This document shows positions 18,841 through 28,292 of a stretch of 64,000 bases of DNA, piece by piece. The notes beneath the pieces were generated by a model that saw only the letters and a program-made list of their open reading frames with translations, did not search any database and was not told the origin of the DNA. How positions within the stretch are numbered: the stretch's first letter is position 1; each line of letters starts with the position of its first letter. Source of the DNA: an uncultured Candidatus Rokubacteria bacterium (GTDB lineage: Bacteria; Methylomirabilota; Methylomirabilia; Rokubacteriales; DASRDR01); NCBI GenBank assembly GCA_963708025.1, contig CAVPSB010000016.1, positions 256,001-320,000 on the forward strand. Reading direction: 5' to 3'. The position numbers and the translations under genes are program-made.

Positions 18841-18872
18841 GACCGGGCGGCTGACCTACCAGCCGCCCGGTC
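18841..18872. terminator. Stem-loop after the DUF1344-like gene
   Basis: gaccgggcggctg-acctac-cagccgcccggtc, a perfect 13-bp stem with no U-tract. Confidence 0.5.
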
Positions 18873-19404
18873 ATCCACCCGAGCGGCCTAGGGGGGGCGT
18901 CTTGGACCGAAGGAGAGACCCGGGAGCGACCGGCGTGTCGGGCTTCTCGCCCCGGCAGCCGGTGCCTGTCAGCCTTCGGCCCCCAAAGCCGCCCTGCCCC
19001 TGCTGCCGGCCTTTCCCGCGATCAGAAACGGGACGCTCTCCGCGTGGCGCAGATTCCCCCGGGCGATTTCGAGCGCCGCCGTCAAGTAGGACACCCCGGG
19101 GGCTCGAGCAGGCCCGCCAGCCGGCCAGGCCGCAGTCACCGCGTAGCGAGCGTGGGCCTACCCCCCTCGCCCACTGGCACGGCGGTCGGTGACGCCCTGT
19201 TCCCCGCCCCCAAGGATGACCTACTCCATACTCGTGCACCCATTAGTGCGGGCAAGAGACCAGAGCGTAGCGCGGGCAAAGACCAGAGTGGCCAAAAGAC
19301 CGCCGGGGCGCGTAGACCGAAGCCCCGACATGGCGGAGTGGCAGTACGGGTTTAGGGGGTTGTGGCGCTCTCTGGCAACGGTCTGCTGCCGGGGGCAGCA
19401 TCAT

Positions 19405-19671
19405 ATGCATTACTACTGGCGGCGCGTCATCATCGTCCGTTGCGACGCCCTCGAGCTCTTTCACGCCCTCCACGCGCGCTACGCGGGCGACCCGGCCGCC
19501 CAGGTCATCTGGGATCGACGCGGCACGCCAGATCGCCGCCAGGCCGTCCGGGAGGTCCCACTCGAGCGGCGATGCAGACAGCGTCGCTTCGTTGACTCAA
19601 CCGCGATCCTGCGTGTGCGCGGGTCCTTCGCCACCCGGATGGTCGGGGCGCCAGCACAGCGCATGCACTAG
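19405..19671 (+). CDS. Small hypothetical protein with DRR/ERR arginine motifs
   Basis: VIIVRCDALELFHALHARYAGDPAAQVIWDRRGTPDRRQAVREVPLERRCRQRR; the start is uncertain. Confidence 0.55.
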   Translation: MHYYWRRVIIVRCDALELFHALHARYAGDPAAQVIWDRRGTPDRRQAVREVPLERRCRQRRFVDSTAILRVRGSFATRMVGAPAQRMH

Positions 19672-19787
19672 CCCAACTTCCCAGTAGGGCGCCGGACTGG
19701 GCAGTTTCGAGGTCGGGCTTTCGTCGGCGACCCAGGGCATATGCGGGGAAGTCGTGATGCTGGGTCCCTGGTTCCAAGGAGGAGATC

Positions 19788-21122
19788 GTGCTCATCGCTC
19801 GGTCACGACTTGTCCGCCAGGCGCCGTGGTTGGTGTTGCTCAGCCTGATCGGGCCCCCGAGCCTCACGATGGCTGCTCAACTCACGCTCACCTGGACCGA
19901 CAACGCTGGCAACGAGAGCGGCTATCGGGTGGAGCGTAAGATCGGCAGCGGCGGCAGCTACAGTGAGATCGCCGTCCTTGCCGCCAACACTACGGCCTAC
20001 ACCGATCCCAACGTTGCGGCGTCCACGACGTACTGCTACCGCGTGCGCGCCTTCAACGCGGCGGGCGTGTCCGGCTACTCCAACGAAGCGTGCTCGGCGA
20101 CGGCCCAGGGCACACTCAACCTCACCGTGACAAAGTCTGGGGCCGGCAGCGTCAGTAGCTCGCCCGGTGGCATCAACTGCGGAAGCGACTGTACCGAAGC
20201 CTTTCCGAGCGGGGCCGTCGTGACACTGACGGCGACACCAAGCGCCGGCTCCCGGTTCGATGGGTGGAGCAGTGGCGGGTGCGCGGGTACGGGATCGTGC
20301 ACGCTGAGCGGCAATGGGAGCCCGATGGTCACCGCCACCTTCACGGCGACCGGCGCCAGTTGCCCGACCGGACAGTTCCGGGCCGAATACTTCAACAACA
20401 CGACCCTGGCCGGCGCTCCCGTGCTGACGCGCTGCGAGGGGCCGATTCAGTACGAGTGGGGCGCTGGAGGCCCGGGAGGCGGGGTCGCTGTCAACCAGTT
20501 CTCGGTCCGTTGGACCGGACGATTCGACTTCGTCGCTGCGACATATGTGTTCGGCGCACGCGCCGACGATGGCGTCCGAGTGTGGGTAGACGGTACCCAG
20601 GTGATCGCGGCCTGGCGAGACCAGCTAGCGACGACGTATCAGGCCACTCGCGCCATGACCGCTGGTTCTCACGAGGTACGCATGGAGTACTATGACAATA
20701 ATGGTGTCGCGACGGCCTCGCTGGGGTGGCAAGCCCAGGCTGCCAGCAGTTGCCCGACCGGACAGTTCCGGGCCGAATATTTCGGCAACCTCACGCTGAG
20801 CGGACCACCGGCGTTCACACGCTGCGAGACGAGTGTCCAGCATAACTGGAGCTCCGGAGGGCCCGGTGTCGGGCTCGCGTCCGACTTCTTCTCAGTACGC
20901 TGGACGGGCCGATTCGCGTTCGCTGGCGGCAACACGACCTTCACAGTGCTCGCTGACGACGGGATCCGACTTTGGGTTGACGGCACCCCGGTCATCGATG
21001 CGTGGAATGATCAGGGGACGACGACGTACAAGGCGACACGCAGCCTGACCAGCGGTCAGCACGACATTCGCGTCGAGTACTATGAGCGGACCGGGCAGGC
21101 ACTGATACAGATCAACTGGTAG
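19788..21122 (+). CDS. Secreted protein: FN3, InlB-B-like bacterial repeat, two PA14 domains
   Basis: Signal peptide; LTWTDNAGNESGYRVER...YRVRAFN; GSVSSSPGGINCGSDC...VTLTATP; two copies of FSVRWTG...ADDG.R.WVDG...H.[VI]R[MV]EYY. Confidence 0.88.
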   Translation: MLIARSRLVRQAPWLVLLSLIGPPSLTMAAQLTLTWTDNAGNESGYRVERKIGSGGSYSEIAVLAANTTAYTDPNVAASTTYCYRVRAFNAAGVSGYSNEACSATAQGTLNLTVTKSGAGSVSSSPGGINCGSDCTEAFPSGAVVTLTATPSAGSRFDGWSSGGCAGTGSCTLSGNGSPMVTATFTATGASCPTGQFRAEYFNNTTLAGAPVLTRCEGPIQYEWGAGGPGGGVAVNQFSVRWTGRFDFVAATYVFGARADDGVRVWVDGTQVIAAWRDQLATTYQATRAMTAGSHEVRMEYYDNNGVATASLGWQAQAASSCPTGQFRAEYFGNLTLSGPPAFTRCETSVQHNWSSGGPGVGLASDFFSVRWTGRFAFAGGNTTFTVLADDGIRLWVDGTPVIDAWNDQGTTTYKATRSLTSGQHDIRVEYYERTGQALIQINW

Positions 21123-21192
21123 CCCGGCCGCGGCTCCCAGCGGAGCGGCCCACACTGGGGGCTCGACCGATGACGGCCTCCAGGGCGGCCCG

Positions 21193-22038
21193 TCACGCCC
21201 TGATCCGGGCGACGACCTCGTCCCACACCCACCGCGTGCCCGCGGCGCTCGGGGGAATCGGGCAGTTGAAGATCAGGTGGGTGGCGCCGGCGCCGATGAA
21301 GCCGCGGGCCAGACCCACGATGTCACCCTGCATCGCCGCCGGCAGGAACTGGATCGAGCGCTCGATCTCCGCCGGATCGCGACCGATCTCGCGGCAGTAC
21401 TGGTCGAGCAGCACGGACTTCTTCGCGAAATCGTCGGGCGTGGCGCGGGCCATGTTCCAGGTCTGGGCGTGTCGGGCGGCGATGCGCAGGCCGACTCGCT
21501 CGCCGCTCGTGCCGATCACCAGCGGCGGATGCGGCTGCTGCACCGGCTTGGGCTCGTGGACGGCCTCGCGGATCTGATAGTAGGCGCCCTCGAAGCTCGC
21601 GCGCGGCTGCGTCCAGAGAGCCTTCAGGATCTGGCAGGCTTCCTCCAGTCGCCGCATGCGCTCGCCCAGCGCCGGCAGCGGGAGCCCGTACTGCCGGTGC
21701 TCCTCCTCGAACCACCCGGCGCCTAGCCCGACCTCCACCCGGCCGTTGGAGACCACGTCCACCGTCGTCGCGATCTTGGCGAGCAGGGCGGGGTGCCGGA
21801 AGGTGTTCGCGGTGACCATCAGCCCGCCGCGGATTCGCCGCGACTGGACGAGCAACGCGGTGAGCACCGTCCACCCCTCGTTCTGCGGTTTCGTGGGGTC
21901 GAGGTTGAGCAGGTGGTCGTGGGCCCAGGCCGTGTCGAATCCGACGCGATCGGCCTCGAGCCAGGCCTCTCGCATCTGGGGGTACGTCCCGTCCATCTGG
22001 GTGACCTTGAGGCCGAAGCGGAGCCGTCTCGAGGGCAC
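21193..22038 (-). CDS. LLM-class (probably F420-dependent) flavin oxidoreductase
   Basis: GFDTAWAHDH, NTFRHPALLAK, SNGRVEVGLGAGW, PKPVQQPHPPL. Confidence 0.9.
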   Translation of the reverse strand: MPSRRLRFGLKVTQMDGTYPQMREAWLEADRVGFDTAWAHDHLLNLDPTKPQNEGWTVLTALLVQSRRIRGGLMVTANTFRHPALLAKIATTVDVVSNGRVEVGLGAGWFEEEHRQYGLPLPALGERMRRLEEACQILKALWTQPRASFEGAYYQIREAVHEPKPVQQPHPPLVIGTSGERVGLRIAARHAQTWNMARATPDDFAKKSVLLDQYCREIGRDPAEIERSIQFLPAAMQGDIVGLARGFIGAGATHLIFNCPIPPSAAGTRWVWDEVVARIRA

Positions 22039-22236
22039 GCCACCTCCCGATGGCCGGGATGCTACGCCCGGCGAGCGCGAGCGGTCAACCGGTCGGCGGT
22101 GACCGGCGTGCCATCGGCCCGGCCTGACGGCCCGAATGTACCGGACCCGGCTGGGTCGAGCTCGCGCCGGATACCCCACGAGGCGGACCACCGGCTCGGC
22201 GACCTCGGGGCGGCCGGCCTGACGCCGCGCGGCGCG

Positions 22237-22242
22237 TATACT
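22237..22242 (+). promoter_or_regulatory. -10 element, possibly giving a leaderless ampG-nagZ transcript
   Basis: TATACT ends 7 nt before the ATG at 22250; no Shine-Dalgarno sequence. Confidence 0.5.
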
Positions 22243-22249
22243 ACGCGGG

Positions 22250-23518
22250 ATGAGCGCGCAGGCCGAGCCGATGGCGAGGGACCGGACGCGCTGGCTCTGG
22301 TCCCTGCTCGGCGCGGGCCGCGTGCCGCCCGCCGCCCGACCGAAGCTCGGGATGGTCGCCCTGCTCTACTTCATCCAGGGGAGTCCGGTCAGCGTGCTCT
22401 GGGAAGTGCTCCCCGTTTACTTCCGCCTCCAGGGGGTCTCGCTCCGCGCCATCGGCGGCCTCCGGCTCCTGGAGCTGCCGTTCTCCCTCAAGGTGCTGTG
22501 GTCGCCCCTCGTCCAGCGCTTCGGCGATCGCCGGCGCTGGATCTTCGGCTGCATGGTGGTCGTCGCCGCCGTGGCCGTCGTCCTCCCGTGGCCCGACGCC
22601 CGGCACCCGGGGCTCGGCCTCCTGGTGCTCGTCCTCCTCCTCACCACGGCCTCGGCGACCCAGGACATCGCGATCGACTCGTACACGGTGGCCCTGGTCG
22701 ATCCGCCCGAGCAGGGCGCGGCCAACGGGGTGCGCGCCTCGGCCTACCGGGTGGCGCTCGTCCTGCTCGGGGGCGGCATGGTCACGCTCGCCGCCTGGCT
22801 CTCCTGGTCCCTCCTGTTCGGCGCCGCCGGTCTCGTGTTCCTCGCCCTCGGGCTCGGCGCGCTGCGCCTCCCGCGCCTTCCGATCCCGCCCGAGGCCCGC
22901 ACGCGCTGGCTCTCGCCCTTCGTCGGCTGGATCGGGACCTGGCGGGCGCTGCCCCTGATTGGCTTCGTCCTCTGCTACAAGCTGGGCGAGTTCGCGCTGG
23001 GCCCGATGGCCAAGCCCTTCTGGGTGGACCGGGGCCGGTCGCTGGTCGAGATCGGCGTGGTGCCCACGACCCTGGGCATCGTCCTGTCGATCGCCGGCGC
23101 CCTCGCCGGCGGCGCCTTCATCAGCCGCTACGGCGTCCTCACCGGGGTGTGGGCCCTCGGCGCGCCGCAGGCGCTCTCGAACCTCGGCTACGCGGCGGTG
23201 GCCGCCTGGGATCTGCCCTGGCCCGCCCTCTACGCCGCCTCCATGATCGACTCGTTCGCGGGCGGGCTCGGCACCGCGGCCTTCCTGGCGCTGCTGATGA
23301 GCGTCTGCGACCGCGATCACGCGACGATTCAGTACGCCTTTCTCTCCTCGCTCTTCTCCCTCACCGGCCGGCTGGCCGGTGCGGTCAGCGGCATCGGCGT
23401 CGAGCGCTGGGGCTACGCCGGGTATTTTGCCTTCACGTTCTGGCTCGCGCTTCCGGCGTACGCCCTCCTGCCGTGGGTGGCGGGGTGGATCCGCGACCGC
23501 GCGGAGCGTCCCGAATGA
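22250..23518 (+). CDS. ampG: AmpG-family muropeptide MFS permease
   Basis: LKVLWSPLV, SATQDIAIDSY, YKLGE, HATIQYAFLSSL; adjacent to nagZ. Confidence 0.88.
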   Translation: MSAQAEPMARDRTRWLWSLLGAGRVPPAARPKLGMVALLYFIQGSPVSVLWEVLPVYFRLQGVSLRAIGGLRLLELPFSLKVLWSPLVQRFGDRRRWIFGCMVVVAAVAVVLPWPDARHPGLGLLVLVLLLTTASATQDIAIDSYTVALVDPPEQGAANGVRASAYRVALVLLGGGMVTLAAWLSWSLLFGAAGLVFLALGLGALRLPRLPIPPEARTRWLSPFVGWIGTWRALPLIGFVLCYKLGEFALGPMAKPFWVDRGRSLVEIGVVPTTLGIVLSIAGALAGGAFISRYGVLTGVWALGAPQALSNLGYAAVAAWDLPWPALYAASMIDSFAGGLGTAAFLALLMSVCDRDHATIQYAFLSSLFSLTGRLAGAVSGIGVERWGYAGYFAFTFWLALPAYALLPWVAGWIRDRAERPE

Positions 23519-24558
23519 CACCCCGGCCGGGGGAGGCGCTGGCCGTCGGGTTCGACGGCACCGCGCTCCCCGAGGACGTGGTCGCGCTCGCCGAGCGCGC
23601 GGGGCTCGGGGGTGTCGTCCTCTTCACGCGGAACTGCCCGACCCTCGAGGCCGTCCTCGCCCTGACCGCGGCCGCCCGGCGTCTCGGTCCCGACGTCCTC
23701 GTGCTGGTCGATCACGAGGGGGGGCGGGTCCATCGCCTGCCGCCCCCATTCACGCGCTTCCCAGCGGCCGCCGTCGTGGGACGGGCCGGCGACCCGGCCC
23801 TCGCCGCCGCCGTCGCCCGAGCGATGGCACGGGAGCTGAGAGCCGCCGGCTTCGACTCCGGGCTCACGCCCGTGGTCGACTGCCTGACCGAGGCCGCCAG
23901 CACCGCGATCGGCGACCGCGCCTTCGGGCGCGATCCGGAGCTGGTGGCCGCCTGCGGGGCGGCTTTCGTCGGCGCCGCGCTGGCCGAGGGCCTGATCCCG
24001 GTCGCCAAGCACTTCCCCGGGCACGGCCGGACCGCGGTGGATTCGCACCTCGAGCTCCCCGAGATCGACGCGACGGTGGACGGTCTCGAGGCCGTCGAGC
24101 TGGTCCCCTTCCGCCGCGTGCTCGCCGCCGGCTGCCCGGCCGTGCTGGTGGCTCACGCCCGCTACCCCGCGCTCGACCCCGCGTGGCCCGCCTCGCTCTC
24201 ACCCGTCGTGATCGAGGAGTGGCTGCGGCGCCGGCTCGACTTCGGGGGTCTGGTCGTGAGCGACGACCTCGAGATGCACGCGGTGGCCCTGCGATGGGGC
24301 GTGGCGGGGGCGGCCGTCCGGTTCCTGGAGGCGGGAGGCGACCTCGCCCTCGTCTGCCGGGAGCCCGAGGGACGGGAGGCCGCGGTCGCCGCGATCCAGA
24401 CCGCCGTCGAGGCCGGGCACCTGTCGCTGGTGGGGGCGGTGACGCGCCGCCGGACCCTCCGGGCCCTCCAGAGGAAGCCGGCTCCGGCGGTGGGGGTCAT
24501 CGGCTGCGCGGAGCACCGGGCGCTGGCCGAGGAGGTCGCCCGGCGGGGCGCCGCGTGA
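23515..24558 (+). CDS. nagZ: Beta-N-acetylhexosaminidase (GH3)
   Basis: GGVVLFTRN, VDHEGGRVHRL, KHFPGHG...DSH, VSDDLEM; ATGA overlap with ampG. Confidence 0.93.
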   Translation: MTPRPGEALAVGFDGTALPEDVVALAERAGLGGVVLFTRNCPTLEAVLALTAAARRLGPDVLVLVDHEGGRVHRLPPPFTRFPAAAVVGRAGDPALAAAVARAMARELRAAGFDSGLTPVVDCLTEAASTAIGDRAFGRDPELVAACGAAFVGAALAEGLIPVAKHFPGHGRTAVDSHLELPEIDATVDGLEAVELVPFRRVLAAGCPAVLVAHARYPALDPAWPASLSPVVIEEWLRRRLDFGGLVVSDDLEMHAVALRWGVAGAAVRFLEAGGDLALVCREPEGREAAVAAIQTAVEAGHLSLVGAVTRRRTLRALQRKPAPAVGVIGCAEHRALAEEVARRGAA

Positions 24559-24570
24559 GGCGGGACACCG

Positions 24571-24623
24571 GTGCACGGCCCGCTGTGCACCTCGCTGTGC
24601 ACCTTGCACAGTGCGCAGTGCAC
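24571..24623. promoter_or_regulatory. Cluster of TGCAC/GTGCAC motifs, a putative enhancer (UAS)
   Basis: GTGCAC at 24571, 24585, 24597 and 24618; TTGCAC at 24604; direct repeat cgctgtgcacct twice. Confidence 0.5.
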
Positions 24624-24696
24624 CCCATCGTCCGGGCTCAGGGTGCCCGGAAGCGAAGTACCCAACGGAATGGCCGTTCCCGCGCTGAATCGCGGT

Positions 24697-24712
24697 TGGC
24701 CCTGCTTTTGCT
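24697..24712 (+). promoter_or_regulatory. Sigma54 (-24/-12) promoter
   Basis: TGGCCCT-GCTT-TTGCT with exact GG-N10-GC spacing. Confidence 0.65.
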
Positions 24713-24825
24713 GTCTTGGTGAGCCACCCGGCCCCACCGCCGGGGCGCATCGGAGGGACGTCGGCCGGAGGGCGACGCGCCGCGGCGATCCGGATCGCCC
24801 GCTGTTAGCTACTCCAGAGGGTGCG

Positions 24826-25017
24826 ATGCGGCTCGACCCGGATGAAGAATCCGTGGAGCAGCTCGAGGAACGACCGGCGTTCCCAGGCGCCGTGTCGCTT
24901 CAGGATCGTCCCGATCGGTCGCTTCGAGCGACGATCGAGGTCCCTGCTCGCCTCCGCGTCGAGCACCGTCCCCACGTGTCGGTGATGATCGAGGCGCCCC
25001 GAGGTCGAGTCGCGTGA
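24826..25017 (+). CDS. Putative 63-aa peptide
   Basis: The purine-rich sequence agagggt precedes the ATG; MRLDPDEESVEQLEERPAFPG...; first ORF after the sigma54 motif. Confidence 0.4.
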   Translation: MRLDPDEESVEQLEERPAFPGAVSLQDRPDRSLRATIEVPARLRVEHRPHVSVMIEAPRGRVA

Positions 25018-25452
25018 GCCCGACCATGAGGACGACAAGAGGCAGGGCAGGCTGACCGCGATGAGCCAGTCGATGAGCGGATTCTGCGTACAGACTTGCG
25101 ATCGTCGCGGGGCCCAGCTCCCGGGCGATCGTCCGTCGGCGCCCCCGGATCGTGATCGCGGGGACGCCGCCAGCCTCCGCCGCGCTGGCAACCTCGGCCG
25201 GCCACTCCCCGCTCGTGGGCGACAGGGCGAGCGAGGGCGCCAACGCGGTCCATCCACGAAACCCGACCGTCTCACCCGGTCCCCCTTGGTGTGGGGGGTC
25301 GGCCGAGCCAAGCCCCACCATCTGGGGGCCCATTTTTCGTTGGCAGAAAGCGCTTCGTCTTTAGTAGGTTACAACTCACTCGTGTTTCCGGGCAGTTGCG
25401 GACCGACGACGCAGCATCCAGTATGGGTGCCTGAGGCCCAGGGGGGGGTCCG

Positions 25453-26706
<1,254 letters not shown>

Positions 26707-26716
26707 CAGGGCCTGC

Positions 26717-27004
26717 ATGGTAATCCCGGACCTCGAGCGCCGCGTCAAGCAGATCCTGACCCATCGCCTCGGCATTCCGCCCGAGGAGATCACGCTTGGC
26801 GCCAAGCTCGTCGACGATCTGGGCATGGATTCGCTCGATGCCGTCGAGCTGGCCATCTCCACCGAGCGACAGTTCAACGTCGCCCTGAGCGACGAGCAGG
26901 TGGCGAAGCTGACGACCGTCGCCGACATCCTCGCCCTCGTCCAGCGCTTGGCCGATGAGCGGCAAGAGCCCCCGCCCGAAAGCCCCGGCGGGAGGCCCCG
27001 CTAG
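26717..27004 (+). CDS. acpP: Acyl carrier protein
   Basis: Phosphopantetheine site LVDDLGMDSLDAVEL. Confidence 0.92.
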   Translation: MVIPDLERRVKQILTHRLGIPPEEITLGAKLVDDLGMDSLDAVELAISTERQFNVALSDEQVAKLTTVADILALVQRLADERQEPPPESPGGRPR

Positions 27005-27029
27005 CAGACCGGGAATCCGGGAGGGCAGC

Positions 27030-28292
27030 GTGACGCGTCGCGTCGTCATCACGGGGCTCGGGGCTGTGACACCGGTCGGGACCGGTGTCAAGACGTTCTG
27101 GCACGCGCTCCGAAACGGCATCCCCGGAATCGGGACGGTCACGCAGTTCGACCCGACCCCGTATCCCTGTCAGGTCGCGGCGGAAGTCAACGGCTTCAAC
27201 GCCCGCGACTTCATGAGCGCCAAGAGCGCCGTCACCATGGGGCGCTTCGCGCAGTTCGGAGTCGCGGCGGCCCGAATGGCGCACGACGACGCGGCGTTGT
27301 CGTCGCTGTCTCGAGCCGCCCGCTTTTCGGTCTGCTTCGGCAGCTCGGCCAACGCCGCGGACTACATCCAGGGGGGCATCGAGCGGTTCGCCCATGAGGG
27401 CATGCGCGGCGTGTCGCCGTCGGCCATCCTCGAGAGCGCCGGCCACGCGGTGACCGGGCATATCTCGGTGGAACTCGGTCTGAAGGGCCAGACCATGACG
27501 CTCGCGTCTGGGTGCGCCACCGGGATCGATGTCGTCCAGTGGGCCTACCACCAGATCAAGGCCGGCCTGGTCACCGGGGTGCTGGCGGGAGCCGCGGAGG
27601 CCCCGATCACCAGCTACACGCAGGCGGCCTGGTGCTCGCTCGGGGTTCTGTCCCGCTGGCCGGGCCCCCCTTCGCAGGCCCTGCGGCCCTTCGACGTCGC
27701 GCACGACGGGTTCGTGATGGGTGAGGGTGCCGGGGCATTCGTTCTCGAGGACCTGGAGCACGCGCGGGCGCGTGGGGCGCACGTCTACGCGGAGGTGCTC
27801 GGCTTCGGGAGCGCGAGCGAAGCCGTCCACCTCGTCACCGTGGACCCCGCGGGCGGCGCCCTGCAGGCGGCCATGCGGGCGGCCCTCCGGATGGCCCGCC
27901 TCGAGCCCTCCGCGATCGACCACATCAATGCCCATGGGAACGGGCTCCCCGACTACGATCGCGCGGAGACGGCCGCCTACCGGGCGGTCTTCGGTCGGCA
28001 CGCCTACAGCATACCGGTCAGCTCGATCAAGCCGATTACCGGACAGTCACTGGCCGCGGCCGGAGCCCTCCAAGTCGTCGCCACATGCTTCTCGCTGGAG
28101 GAGCAGTTCGTGCCGCCCACGCTGAATCACGATGTGCCGGACGTCGGCTGCGACCTGGACTACGTGCCCTCCCGGGGCCGGGTGTCCCGGTTGAACCAGG
28201 TCCTCATCAGCGCGCACGGCTTCGGCGGAACCCATTCGGCGCTCATCCTGGGCCGCCCGCCGGGCACCGGCCGTCGAACCCCGGTCCCATGA
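27030..28292 (+). CDS. Second FabF-like ketosynthase with a variant Cys-His-Gln active site
   Basis: RRVVITGLG, ASGCATG, INAHGNG, KPITGQSLAAAG, HGFGG. Confidence 0.88.
   Translation: MTRRVVITGLGAVTPVGTGVKTFWHALRNGIPGIGTVTQFDPTPYPCQVAAEVNGFNARDFMSAKSAVTMGRFAQFGVAAARMAHDDAALSSLSRAARFSVCFGSSANAADYIQGGIERFAHEGMRGVSPSAILESAGHAVTGHISVELGLKGQTMTLASGCATGIDVVQWAYHQIKAGLVTGVLAGAAEAPITSYTQAAWCSLGVLSRWPGPPSQALRPFDVAHDGFVMGEGAGAFVLEDLEHARARGAHVYAEVLGFGSASEAVHLVTVDPAGGALQAAMRAALRMARLEPSAIDHINAHGNGLPDYDRAETAAYRAVFGRHAYSIPVSSIKPITGQSLAAAGALQVVATCFSLEEQFVPPTLNHDVPDVGCDLDYVPSRGRVSRLNQVLISAHGFGGTHSALILGRPPGTGRRTPVP

Noticed and set aside
19373-19387. Sigma54-like TGGCAACGGTCTGCT
   Set aside because: The spacing is off by one base.
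21793-24558. 921-aa NagZ fusion suggested by the ORF track
   Set aside because: The upstream part is an alternate frame over ampG; NagZ homology begins at the ATG at 23515.
25340-25356. Second sigma54 promoter directly upstream of the first KS (TTGGCAGAAAGCGCT)
   Set aside because: The GG-to-GC spacing is 2 nt too short. The AT-rich patch may still be a promoter, but no convincing consensus was found.
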